From Trichomonas gallinae (lineage: Eukaryota): DNA of 33,208 bases. Below are positions 1 through 10,100 of the stretch, one piece after another. Each line of letters begins with the position of its first letter. Positions within the stretch are counted from its first letter, which is position 1. The notes beneath the pieces were generated by a model. It was not told the origin of the DNA and searched no databases. It saw only the letters and a program-made list of their open reading frames with translations. The translations under genes and the position numbers were made by a program. The DNA is taken from assembly GCA_008369845.1 (NCBI GenBank), contig MRSU01000164.1, forward strand, positions 1 through 33,208. Reading direction: 5' to 3'.

Positions 1-678
1 TTTGGGCCTTAGCCATTTTGGCCGATTGCCGAAATTCGAGGGGGTTAGCCGGCTACCGGAGACAATAGGACTAAAGTCCACTTAATATATTGAATTGTTA
101 TAATGCATAGTCCAATATTTTATGGCTAATTTTGATTTTCATCGTAGTCGTATGAAAATGCCACTTTTTTGTAAAACTTTCAAAATAAGAGTTGCTTATT
201 TTTGAAAAATGACATAAAATTTAGATATAACATAAGATGTATATTTTATTTATCAAAAATAAAGATTTAATCAAAAGTTATTCTTATTTGAATTGAAACG
301 GTTATAATTATATCATGAATTAAAGATGCTTAAAATGATTCAAAATTGAATTGATCAAGATTTTACTTAATTCAAATTTTGAGAACCATAAAATTATAAT
401 TTGCATCATACGATTATTTTCTATTTAAAATTGAAAATTTCAGAAATGAATATAACCATACTTTGCAATATGAAAATTTTACAACGTTTTAAATCTGACA
501 CGTAAATTATAATTTTTGACACACCTGTTGAGGTCAGTTACCTGTAACTCTTTGAAAATGCCACGGCCGTCTTTCTTTGTTTGGGAAATATTAAATGGCA
601 CCTCCATTAGGCCCGAAATATCATAAAGTTACTATTCAAAATATTGAAAATCAGTCTGGCAAAGTTTTTCCTAATTAA

Positions 679-686
679 AAAGTGAC
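679..686 (+). promoter_or_regulatory. AAAGTGAC core-promoter motif upstream of the GH20 gene
   Basis: AAAGTGAC lies just upstream of ATG 693. It is a motif reported near T. vaginalis start codons, and a second copy is at 15730-15737. Confidence 0.55.
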
Positions 687-692
687 ATTAAA

Positions 693-2951
693 ATGTTTCT
701 TTTCTACGTTTTTAGCTGTAACTGCTGTAATGGACACAGCCATTCGTCCCATTCGCACAACTATCACACACATGATGTAGCAAATGGAGAAAATCCAAAC
801 GTTATGGCTACAAATTCACTCGACTACGTTGATGATGAACATTTGACTTATGAAAAGATTATGGATATCAACGCAGTTAGAAATGGACCACAGCCATGTG
901 ATATTCACAATCAAAATGAAAAAGTTGGAGATAATTATATACCAAACCAACAGTTAAATCTTATTCCATATCCTAATGAGTTAAAGCTCCTTGAGGGCAA
1001 CTTCGTTTTCAATGAGGAGACAAAAGTTTTCACAAATTTGCCAAAGGCAGAAAAGAAGCTGTTTCTCTCGTACATTTCAGCATTAGATATCCCACTAATT
1101 TCATGCCACAAGCCACTTGACAAGAACATTGTCAAATTAATTGTTGATTCATCTTATTCCATCGATGATGAGTATTATGAGCTTACCGTTAACAGCGATG
1201 TTATCACAATCACAGGCCAGACAAGCAAGGGCGTTTTCTATGGTGTTCAGACATTGGCCCAGTTAATTCAATTATCTAGCCAGCCAGGAAAGGTTCAGGC
1301 ACTTGAAATCAAAGATAAGCCAGCTTTCAAGTATCGTGGCTACATGATTGATGTTTCTCGCCACTTCGCCAGCAAACAAGTTGTTCTGAAGCAAATCGAC
1401 ATGCTTGCTTACTTCAAGATCAACTTCCTTCACCTCCACCTTACAGATAATGGTGGCTGGAGAATTGAAATCAAGCAATATCCAGAACTCACAGATCAGA
1501 CAGCATATCGTCCAGAATCCCGCTGGAGGAACTGGTGGTTGAGCGGCAACAAGAAGTACTGTCCAAAGGATACACCAAATGCTTATGGTGGCTACTTCAC
1601 ACAAGAAGATTGCAAGGAAATGATCAAATATGCTCAGGAAAGATTCATTACAATCATCCCTGAAGTCGAAATGCCTGGCCACTCCGATGAGGTCTTCCTT
1701 CCACACCCAGAGCTCACATGCTCAGGCAAGATCTACGATGGTGGAGATTTCTGCATTGGTAACCCAGAAACATTAGTCTTCGTCCAGAACGTTTTGACAG
1801 AAATCATGGACCTCTTCCCATCCGAGTACATCCACATTGGTGGCGATGAAGCCTCAATGTCAAGATGGGGTAATTGCCCTAAGTGCCAGGCCTTAATGAA
1901 GGAGATGGGCTTTTCTAAGCTCGAAGAGCTCCAGTCATATTTTATCAAGAAGATCGACGCTTTCATCACATCTAAGAACAGAAAGATGATCGGTTGGGAT
2001 GAAATCCTCAAAGGTGGTTTGTCTCCACACGCCATTGTCATGTCATGGACAGGTGAAGGTAACGGTGCCATCGCTGCAAACGCCGGCCACCACGTCGTCA
2101 TGTCACCAGCTGGCAAGGCCTACCTTTGCTACTACCAAGACTGGCAGCCAACACAGCCAGAGGCTCCAATGTGGAACTTCGTCAACCTCGAGACAGTCTA
2201 CAAGTACCACCCAATCCCATCCAACGTCGATGACGAGCACAAGAAGTACATCTGGGGTGTCCAGGGCAGCCTTTGGACAGAGTGGATCCCAACAGCAGAC
2301 CATCTCGAGTACATGACATGGCCAAGAATGTTCGCCATTGCTGAAATCGCATGGACACAGCAGGAGCTCAAGAACTGGGACGGTTTCAGACAAAGAATTC
2401 GCCCAGCTCTCAGATTCATCGCTGAGAAGGGCTACACACCATATAGATACGATTTATCCATCGGCGACAGACAGGAGCACGTTTTGCCAGTCAATCACCT
2501 CGCAAGAGGAAAGGCAGTCAAGTACTACCAACCATATCACCCAAACTATCCAGCTGGTGGTGATGGTGCCCTCACAAACGGCGTCAGAGGAAACTGGCAG
2601 TTCTGGGATGGAGCATGGCAAGGCTTCCAGTATGGTGCTGCCAAGGCTCACACTTTCGATGTCGAAGTCGATCTTGGTGATGTTCTCCCAATCAAGGAGG
2701 TCTCATTAGAGTGGATCCAGTCTACCAAGGACTCTGTCAGGTTCCCGAAGACACTCGTAATTCAGGTCTCCAATGACCAAAAGACATACAGAACAATCTC
2801 CAACCAGCAATTCGAATTCACAGATACTGGATTCTGCTTCACAAAGCGCAACTGGACTGGTTCCGAATCTGCTCGCTACGTCCGTGTTCAGGCTGATCCA
2901 TTCACAGATAAGGGCGGATGGATCTTCACAGATGAGATTGTTATTCAATAA
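693..2951 (+). CDS. Beta-N-acetylhexosaminidase (GH20) with GH20b domain, catalytic barrel and C-terminal F5/8-type C-like domain; Bacteroidetes-like architecture
   Basis: 752-aa ORF. GH20 motifs present: IKDKPAFKYRGYMIDVSRHF, LHLHLTDNGGWRIEIKQYPELT, IPEVEMPGH, catalytic HIGGDE, GWDE, GVQGSLWTE, YMTWPR. C-terminal 'LTNGVRG...WQGF...WIFTDEIVIQ' fits a discoidin-like module. ATG follows AAAGTGACATTAAA. Confidence 0.95.
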   Translation: MFLFYVFSCNCCNGHSHSSHSHNYHTHDVANGENPNVMATNSLDYVDDEHLTYEKIMDINAVRNGPQPCDIHNQNEKVGDNYIPNQQLNLIPYPNELKLLEGNFVFNEETKVFTNLPKAEKKLFLSYISALDIPLISCHKPLDKNIVKLIVDSSYSIDDEYYELTVNSDVITITGQTSKGVFYGVQTLAQLIQLSSQPGKVQALEIKDKPAFKYRGYMIDVSRHFASKQVVLKQIDMLAYFKINFLHLHLTDNGGWRIEIKQYPELTDQTAYRPESRWRNWWLSGNKKYCPKDTPNAYGGYFTQEDCKEMIKYAQERFITIIPEVEMPGHSDEVFLPHPELTCSGKIYDGGDFCIGNPETLVFVQNVLTEIMDLFPSEYIHIGGDEASMSRWGNCPKCQALMKEMGFSKLEELQSYFIKKIDAFITSKNRKMIGWDEILKGGLSPHAIVMSWTGEGNGAIAANAGHHVVMSPAGKAYLCYYQDWQPTQPEAPMWNFVNLETVYKYHPIPSNVDDEHKKYIWGVQGSLWTEWIPTADHLEYMTWPRMFAIAEIAWTQQELKNWDGFRQRIRPALRFIAEKGYTPYRYDLSIGDRQEHVLPVNHLARGKAVKYYQPYHPNYPAGGDGALTNGVRGNWQFWDGAWQGFQYGAAKAHTFDVEVDLGDVLPIKEVSLEWIQSTKDSVRFPKTLVIQVSNDQKTYRTISNQQFEFTDTGFCFTKRNWTGSESARYVRVQADPFTDKGGWIFTDEIVIQ

Positions 2952-3890
2952 TCTTCTTCTACAATAAACATAAACGCTCTTCCTATTCATATTCTTTTGA
3001 GCACGCATTTAATCAATCCTCACAATTTCTTTTCGTCATTTTAATCAATTTGCCGATTTTAACGGTAAACCCCTATCCCGCATTAATTTTGAGACAAGAA
3101 CACAGTGCCACCTGATAGATGGTACCATAACATTACTGTTAATCTTGATTCTTTCGATTTTCATACTTTGAACCATATTATCAGTTTTGATATCTGCAAC
3201 AAAAATTGATTTAATCCTTTATAATTTATATCATATAAATCCGCACAAGTTATATTATATGAAAAATATAGTAGTTAATCCATATCACATAATATATCAG
3301 ATGCTGAAATTTGAATCTCAATATTATAATGATTTAGAAACTGATTTGAAGAAACATAGATTCGTGTGTAATATTCACATATCATTAATTCAAGTCATAC
3401 ACAAATATAGCATAGCATTTCGTTGATTCTTAAGTTCATTGTCACTGATAATCAAATCAAACAATATGAAATTCATTTCAATTGCATTAATACACAATTT
3501 TGCACAGCACAGTTATGATGTGTTTCAACAACGTATTCTATATGCAATGTGTGAATTAGATTCAATGAGATATGCAAAATTTAAAATCTATTGACAGCGT
3601 ATCATGTCACAAGACTTTCACAATGTAATCCCATGGATGATGTATGATCTATTGCACTCAAACTAGAATATGAATTAAACAACCAAATAATGCTATAAAC
3701 ATTATTCAATACTCACTCCGAATAAGTTGTTTTTTAGTGCTAGTGATTATGCTTTTTTTTTCATCATGATCAATTTTAATCAAAACAAATTTATTATCGT
3801 TATTAAGTATATTAAGGGCTGCGCTTTCAATGGATGAATTATGTCCGTATAATCTGAAAAAATCTATAATATTTTATACTAAAAATCAAA

Positions 3891-5390
3891 CTAATTCGTT
3901 ATAATGATATCATGACCATCATTCATTAAACTATCCTCAGCTTGACTGGAAAGCAGGCTTTCTTCGCTATGCGCTGAGTTAAGGAGAAGAGCAGCAGAAA
4001 CATCTGGCTGCGCTTTTTCAATCTTTCCTTTGGGACTGCAGCATTTATCATCTGGGTCTTTTGTGACTAATGCGCACATCACAGAGATGGCGGCTGATGC
4101 AGCGCTGAAGAGCCACAAACCTAATTGGTAGCCTCTCCACATGTACTGATTGACACCTGTCTCTTTGTTTGGCACACTGCCATATCTGGGAATTACGGCT
4201 GCGGAAATTTGCGAATAAGGAGCAACAGCGATATTCAGCAGGAAATTCGAAATTCCAACTGCGCTGCCCCTGATATTTGCATCATAATAATCCTGCAATA
4301 ATGGATAATTGATGCTTGTCATTGGCCTCGTGAAGGCTCCGAAGATGACACTGTATATAATGGCAGTCCACTTGGTGACTCTATCTCCGTGCAGATAAAA
4401 AGCAGTCATCATCAGCATGACGCAAAAAGAGCCCATAACCATGATCCACTTTTTACTGTGGAAAATCCATTTTTCGAGCTGAGGAACTAAAAGTGAGCCA
4501 ATAAGAGTGCCGCAGTGCATTGACATCAGCATGAAACCTGTCCATGTTTTGGAATAACCTAATACATCCCTGAAATAAGGGCCGCCCCAATAACCAGTCG
4601 CATTGAGAAAAGTGTCATTACTGGTGATATTGAAAATGCTGATTACCCAGAAGTGTCCGTATGATATAATTTGATAAATACTTTTGAAAAGTTGAACGAT
4701 TCTTTCTTTGAATGATTTCGGCTTAGCATTCGATGCATTGCTAGGATTGACTGGAGCGAAGCCCATTTTCTCAGGATTTCCTCTGACAAAGAATAATACT
4801 AGGAAAGAGATTATTCCTCCGAATCCTCCTAGCGTGTAAAATGAATTTCTCCAGCCAAACTTCTCATTGAAGATAGCTAGAGGTGTTCCTGCGAGAATTC
4901 CACCAACTGTAGAAAAAGCAAGGAATAATCCAACAAGAATAGGTACAGATTCTCTTTTATACCATGTTGAGTATATCTTGATTGCTGAAATGTAAATTGG
5001 ACCAGTTCCAACGCCAACTAAAAATCTTCCAATCATTCCTCCCATCATTGTTTTGCAGAAACCATTCATACAGGAACCAAATGAGTAAAGAACTCCGAAA
5101 ACACCTAAAACTTGAGCTGGATCGAAAATATCATTTAATAATCCTGCAAAAATCTGTGTAACAGCGTAAGGATAGAAATAAACTGAAGAAAACACACTTA
5201 ATTCCTTCTTGGAAACGTTGTATGCTTTTGATAAGTCTTCAGCAACAATTGCTGGGAATGATTTTTGGAAATTTAGCGAAATTGCATGAAATGCAACAGC
5301 CAAAAACGTAAAGAACCTGACATACTTGAACTTCTTCTCTTTATGAAGTTCTTCACTTGATTTAGGCACTATTTCATATAATTCTGTCAT
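3891..5390 (-). CDS. Major facilitator superfamily transporter (~12 TM)
   Basis: Alternating hydrophobic helices, with SSVYFYPYAVTQIFAGLLND, GRFLVGVG, FGWRNSF and RGSAVG motifs. The track start at 5486 is a TTG. The likely start is ATG 5390 (MTELY, after an A-run and AAAG); ATG 5423 is the alternative. Confidence 0.9.
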   Translation of the reverse strand: MTELYEIVPKSSEELHKEKKFKYVRFFTFLAVAFHAISLNFQKSFPAIVAEDLSKAYNVSKKELSVFSSVYFYPYAVTQIFAGLLNDIFDPAQVLGVFGVLYSFGSCMNGFCKTMMGGMIGRFLVGVGTGPIYISAIKIYSTWYKRESVPILVGLFLAFSTVGGILAGTPLAIFNEKFGWRNSFYTLGGFGGIISFLVLFFVRGNPEKMGFAPVNPSNASNAKPKSFKERIVQLFKSIYQIISYGHFWVISIFNITSNDTFLNATGYWGGPYFRDVLGYSKTWTGFMLMSMHCGTLIGSLLVPQLEKWIFHSKKWIMVMGSFCVMLMMTAFYLHGDRVTKWTAIIYSVIFGAFTRPMTSINYPLLQDYYDANIRGSAVGISNFLLNIAVAPYSQISAAVIPRYGSVPNKETGVNQYMWRGYQLGLWLFSAASAAISVMCALVTKDPDDKCCSPKGKIEKAQPDVSAALLLNSAHSEESLLSSQAEDSLMNDGHDIIITN

Positions 5391-5708
5391 CTTTAATTTT
5401 TTTTTTTTTTGCTGTTGTTTCATCGTTTTAAAATCACTATAGCAATTTATCGCTAAATCAATAAGATTTTTGTATTTTTTTCCCAACGTTTTTTTTTTTT
5501 TTTTTCTCCTTTTGATATTTTTTTTTAAAAAAATGATTTTAAATTAGATATCTATATAATAACTATCAATAGACGAAAAATGAAAGAATTTTAACAAAAT
5601 TACGATTTGAGAGTTTTTCTCCTGCGTTTTGACAAGTTTTGATCTGCATAATTTGTATTCTTATCCTATGCATTTTCTTCCATTAAAATTCTCAACGATA
5701 TTTTTTAT

Positions 5709-6088
5709 TTTACATGACATTTCGGAAATACTTTGAATAATTTACATGTCATATTTATAATTTTTACAGATATATTTTCATTTTGTGTTTATTTCTTTTA
5801 TTGAATTAATCAAAATTTTGGATTTGTAAAAATTTACATGGCATTCCGGAATAATTTGATACGCTTACATGACAATATTTATTTTACAATTTGGATTTTA
5901 TAATTTAGCTAATTTATGCATAAGAAATCTTAATAAATGATTTTTGAGTTTACATGACATTTCCGAAATAATAAATATTCGATTAGTTTACATGTCAAAA
6001 GCATAAATCATAATGTGGTATTTTAATTCTATTTATGATTATCTAATAAAACAATAAAATTTAATATTTTGAATTAGTTTACATGTCA
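5709..6088. repeat. Array of TTTACATG(A/T/G)CA motifs in ~120-bp composite units
   Basis: Copies at 5709, 5741, 5833, 5864 (CTTACATGACA), 5949, 5987 and 6078. The first copy of each unit is followed by TTTCGGAAATA, TTCCGGAATA or TTTCCGAAATA. Confidence 0.85.
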
Positions 6089-7192
6089 TTTTTATTTCAT
6101 ATTTTATCTGATTGTTTTTTTCCTGCTTTGATACAGTTTCGGATAACATCCAGATGAAGCACATCTTTTCGTGTGTCGGTCAAGCATATGAATATCATTG
6201 AAGGGCTTCTAAACCGTTAATCAAATATTTCCAATAAATAGATAGAATCGAGATATTACGCCAAATTATACAGCAACTCGAAATTATTATAATATCAAGG
6301 ATTGAGATACATATTGCATGGATATTTTTGATTTTCCAAAATATTCAACAGCTTTGGAGCACTCAGATCATTCGTACTGCTTTATTTAGCAAATTCTAAT
6401 GCAGTTCATACGTAATTTTGTACGTTTCGTAAAGAATAGATTGAACGCATGTATCGAATTGTCTTAAATTAAGCTATTATTCGAAAGAAACGATGCTACA
6501 TATGTATATGCGTATGAAGAAAGGATCGACATGTCGACATGGTGATAAAGGCATCCGTTTATTAAGGTTATTAAAATTTGATTGGATGAATTGCCATGAT
6601 TAAAGTTTAATCAGGATTTTTATACCTAACAGACATCGGCTATGCTTTATATGCATGCAGAATCGAAGAACCTGCCCATTAGGCGACGATAATTTTCAAT
6701 TGAAAAATCTTTTTTTTTTCTGTTGCTTCAACTTTGCTGTTCACAGTGGAGTAGTTCATATTCCGTTAACTAAACGCCCATCAATTTAATTTTGAAAGAG
6801 AAACAACCCCTTTTGAAAACATTTTGTTATATTTAGCATTCGCATATATAACTAAAGATGTTTTAAAATAAGGGCATGTAAATATCACAAATCTGCGAAC
6901 AAAAGCGTTCAATTAATAAAATTTTGTAAGTCTTGCATTTTGAATAGCACATTAATGCGCTTATTTTAAAACATAATTCAATAACGAACGATAGAATTGA
7001 CAATCTCTCATTATAAAAAAATTTCTGCTAACATTATAATCTATACATTATTTTACAGATAATATTTTTTGATTGTAAAATTCGTCCTCTCAAAAAATTG
7101 TGAAAGCTTTTCTAATAATATGGTCTATACATGTTGCTGATCAAAATTTAAGAAATAACGAATTTTTAATTGATCACAAAATTTCGCTATTC

Positions 7193-10100
7193 ATGAGTAA
7201 AGCTAAGCAGATCTTACCTAAGACCTTAGTGCAGCTCATTTGCGATACAGTGTATGACTACCATCTATATATACTCGACAATTGCGTGCTTCCCAAGTTC
7301 GTGTACTATTTCACAAGAGTATATGTGACTATGGCGACTTGTTTGCTATTTACTAACTTCCATCAGAGTGGAACTGGCCTCAAGCCGCTAGAAGTCTTCT
7401 TAAATTTATATGCTACAGAGCTAAATGAACAATGGGCGATGATCAATTTTGTTATCGACATGTTGGTCTTCGGTATCATGTATATTAGCGTCATATACTT
7501 CTCAATATTATATACGTATAGAAATTATTTAAGCAAATTCTCGAGTTATTTTAATGTTATCATGATCGAAGTAATCATGCCTTTTATGATGCTCACAACA
7601 GGAAGCCAGATCGGAAATAACGTTGGCCTTCTATATGCAAATATTAAAAACTATACAATATGGATATATACAATCATATCCCTTGCTTGGGTCTTGCTTT
7701 CGATACTATGCTATAATCTCTTCCTCAGCGCATATATTCCATTCATACCAGGTCGATCTGTGGCTATGTCATCGAGTTTGCAGGCCTTCGAGTTGAATAT
7801 TATCACGGCCGTTCGTATTCTGGCAAGAGGAGCCAATGCTACACCAGGAACTAATATTGCAATTGCCTTTAGAGTTTGCATCGCCGCACTTTTGGCCTAC
7901 GGAATCTTCATGATAATATTTTGGAATATTTATCACAGCAGGAATTACTCTGCATTCATCGCCTCCGTGTTCTGTGCTGGCTTAGTTCTCGATATCTTCG
8001 CTATTTTCCTCAAACTCGATTGGGTTATCAGATTAATTCTTTTCTTCGGCATTATTTTGATTGGATATTTTGTTATCGGTTTCATTCTCAAGGCAGTTAA
8101 CAAGAGAATCATGGCAATCTTCACAGCACTCGAAAATGAAGAAATTTCTTTCGAAGATGCTTATCCGAAGATAAACAACACATATCTGAGACACTGCTAT
8201 GAAGCATTTAAATCTGGACATCCTTTCATGCTGACTTTCAAACCGCTAGTTTACGGCTCGCATAATGAAAATACAAATCCAAGGATTTGGAGGTTTTATT
8301 TGCGTGTTTTAGCTATATATAACAGCAGGATTTACGATTTAATGAACGCTTCGCAGGAATTGAAGAGATTAGGATATACTGATATCAAAACTCAGCTTTT
8401 CCTTCGTGGCATCGATCACATGATTGAAATTAGGTCACGAAAGATTTCTAAGCCATGCTCGCTCGTTCTCAAGAATATTCAAGCAAACACAAGATCTCTC
8501 AGATCCACGCTCGTTAAATACTGGCAGGCAATTCAATCCGGAGAAGCCGGAACTGCATACGCATACGGCGCATCAGCACAGCATCAAATGGACGAAATTG
8601 AAAAATCTTATGTTTCTACTTTAACGAAATGGCCAAATGTTCCTAACATCTACAAGCATTATTCGAGGTTCTTGAACTACATCTGCTTCAACCGTCTAAA
8701 GAGTGAGATCTACGCGTCAGCTGCGAATATGTCAAGAACAGTTGATTTTGCCGAAATTCAAGCCAAGGCAGTTTTCCCTATGATACCCATTGTCCTCCCC
8801 GACGTTGAGTCCTTCCTCAACCAGGCACAGCAGCAGCAGAACCCAGACCAAGCTCCCTCGATGCTCTCTTCTGGATCAGTTGGCACGGATCTCGAAAGAA
8901 ACGAGCAAGAGCAAGAAGAACTCACTGCGCAAAACACATTATATGAAATGGGCAAATCTTGCAGCGTTCCTATCAACAGGGCCATCACAATCTTCACTGT
9001 TCTCGCATTCATTATACTGTTCGTCCTTGGTATTGTTTTAACGAACATTTTGACGCTACAAAAGTATGATGTCTATGAAACACTTTTGCAGTTTTTGTCA
9101 AGTTTTACTTCACTTTTATTCTACACTTCACGTCCTGTTTACAGAATTCTTTCAATCATTTCTGAAGCTGAAAACATTTCTTATAACACCACGAAAGTCA
9201 TGCAGATGCTTGGCGCTGAAGATGAACTCGATGATGTCGTATCTCCATTCGACCAAATCACAAGCGATATTTCTGCACTTTGGGACAACATTGACTCATT
9301 GGAGAAGCTTCGCTCAAAGGCATCAGCTTACATTGGCAATGTTTCCTATATCCTGACATCAATCAAAGTTAAGACTAACTATTTATTTATAAATAAGAAA
9401 GGCGCAGTGAAGAATAACAAAAACTATATTCCATTGATGTCTGCCATAACTACACACGCATCATTCATTTCCGAGTTCTCAAAGGATTTCGTTGCTAATC
9501 CGATTCCAGCGAAGAAGGAGAGATTCTTCATGCGTATGCTTGAAAATAACTACAGAATTATGGATGTTATCACTTCTCTGTCAAATTATGTCACAGCTCA
9601 TATGCTTGATTATACAAAAGACTTTGCGAGCACAGCTTTGACAATGACCGCTGTTTTCTCAGCAATATCTGTTCTCATTTTCCCAATTGTTTTAGTTCTG
9701 CTTAGAATCCAGGCAATTCAATACGGGCACATCATTCAGTCAATGCACAAGATTCCTTCTATTGTCATCATCCAGCACATTTCTGAACTCACACCAAAGA
9801 CAGACGACGAGAAAAATAACAACGCTGAAGCAAAGCTCCAAATACAGGACTCTCATGGTATTCCAACATTGCTTGTTTCCAGTCTCAGTGTTGTCTGCAT
9901 CATTGTTTTCGTCGCAATCTCTTTCATCAACTACTACATGCTCACACGCTCGATCAACAAATTCAAAGTTCTTCCTTACCAGATGAAGAACGGTGCACTT
10001 CTTGCTAACCACATCTACGACAATATCGCGAACCTGAAACGTGTCTGGGCTTTCTTGAACGGAAAGGTATTCAACGCAGATACAGATTATATGGGCACAA

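Noticed and set aside
536..549. AGTTAC-CT-GTAACT dyad resembling an RFX X-box, and TGAGAA-CT-TTCTCA at 33083-33096
   Set aside because: Single 6-bp-arm dyads are expected by chance in 33 kb, and there is no independent support.
935..3008. Many short overlapping or antisense ORFs inside the GH20 gene (likewise within the cyclase-like, NPL4, GCN5, PRP6 and BspA genes)
   Set aside because: Shadow ORFs produced by codon bias of the real genes, with no recognisable motifs.
3187..3426. 79-aa ORF, and similar AT-rich ORFs at 12021-12251, 16680-16865, 21400-21597 and 30691-30897
   Set aside because: Intergenic composition, mostly non-ATG starts, no codon bias and no domain signal.
5489..5505. T17 homopolymer (and T14 at 5397-5410) upstream of the MFS gene
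   Set aside because: Common in AT-rich genomes. It explains the spurious poly-Lys N-terminal extension in the ORF track and is not a feature in itself.
5709..6088. CRISPR interpretation of the repeat-spacer-like array
   Set aside because: Eukaryotic context, short degenerate repeats, irregular AT-rich spacers and no cas genes.
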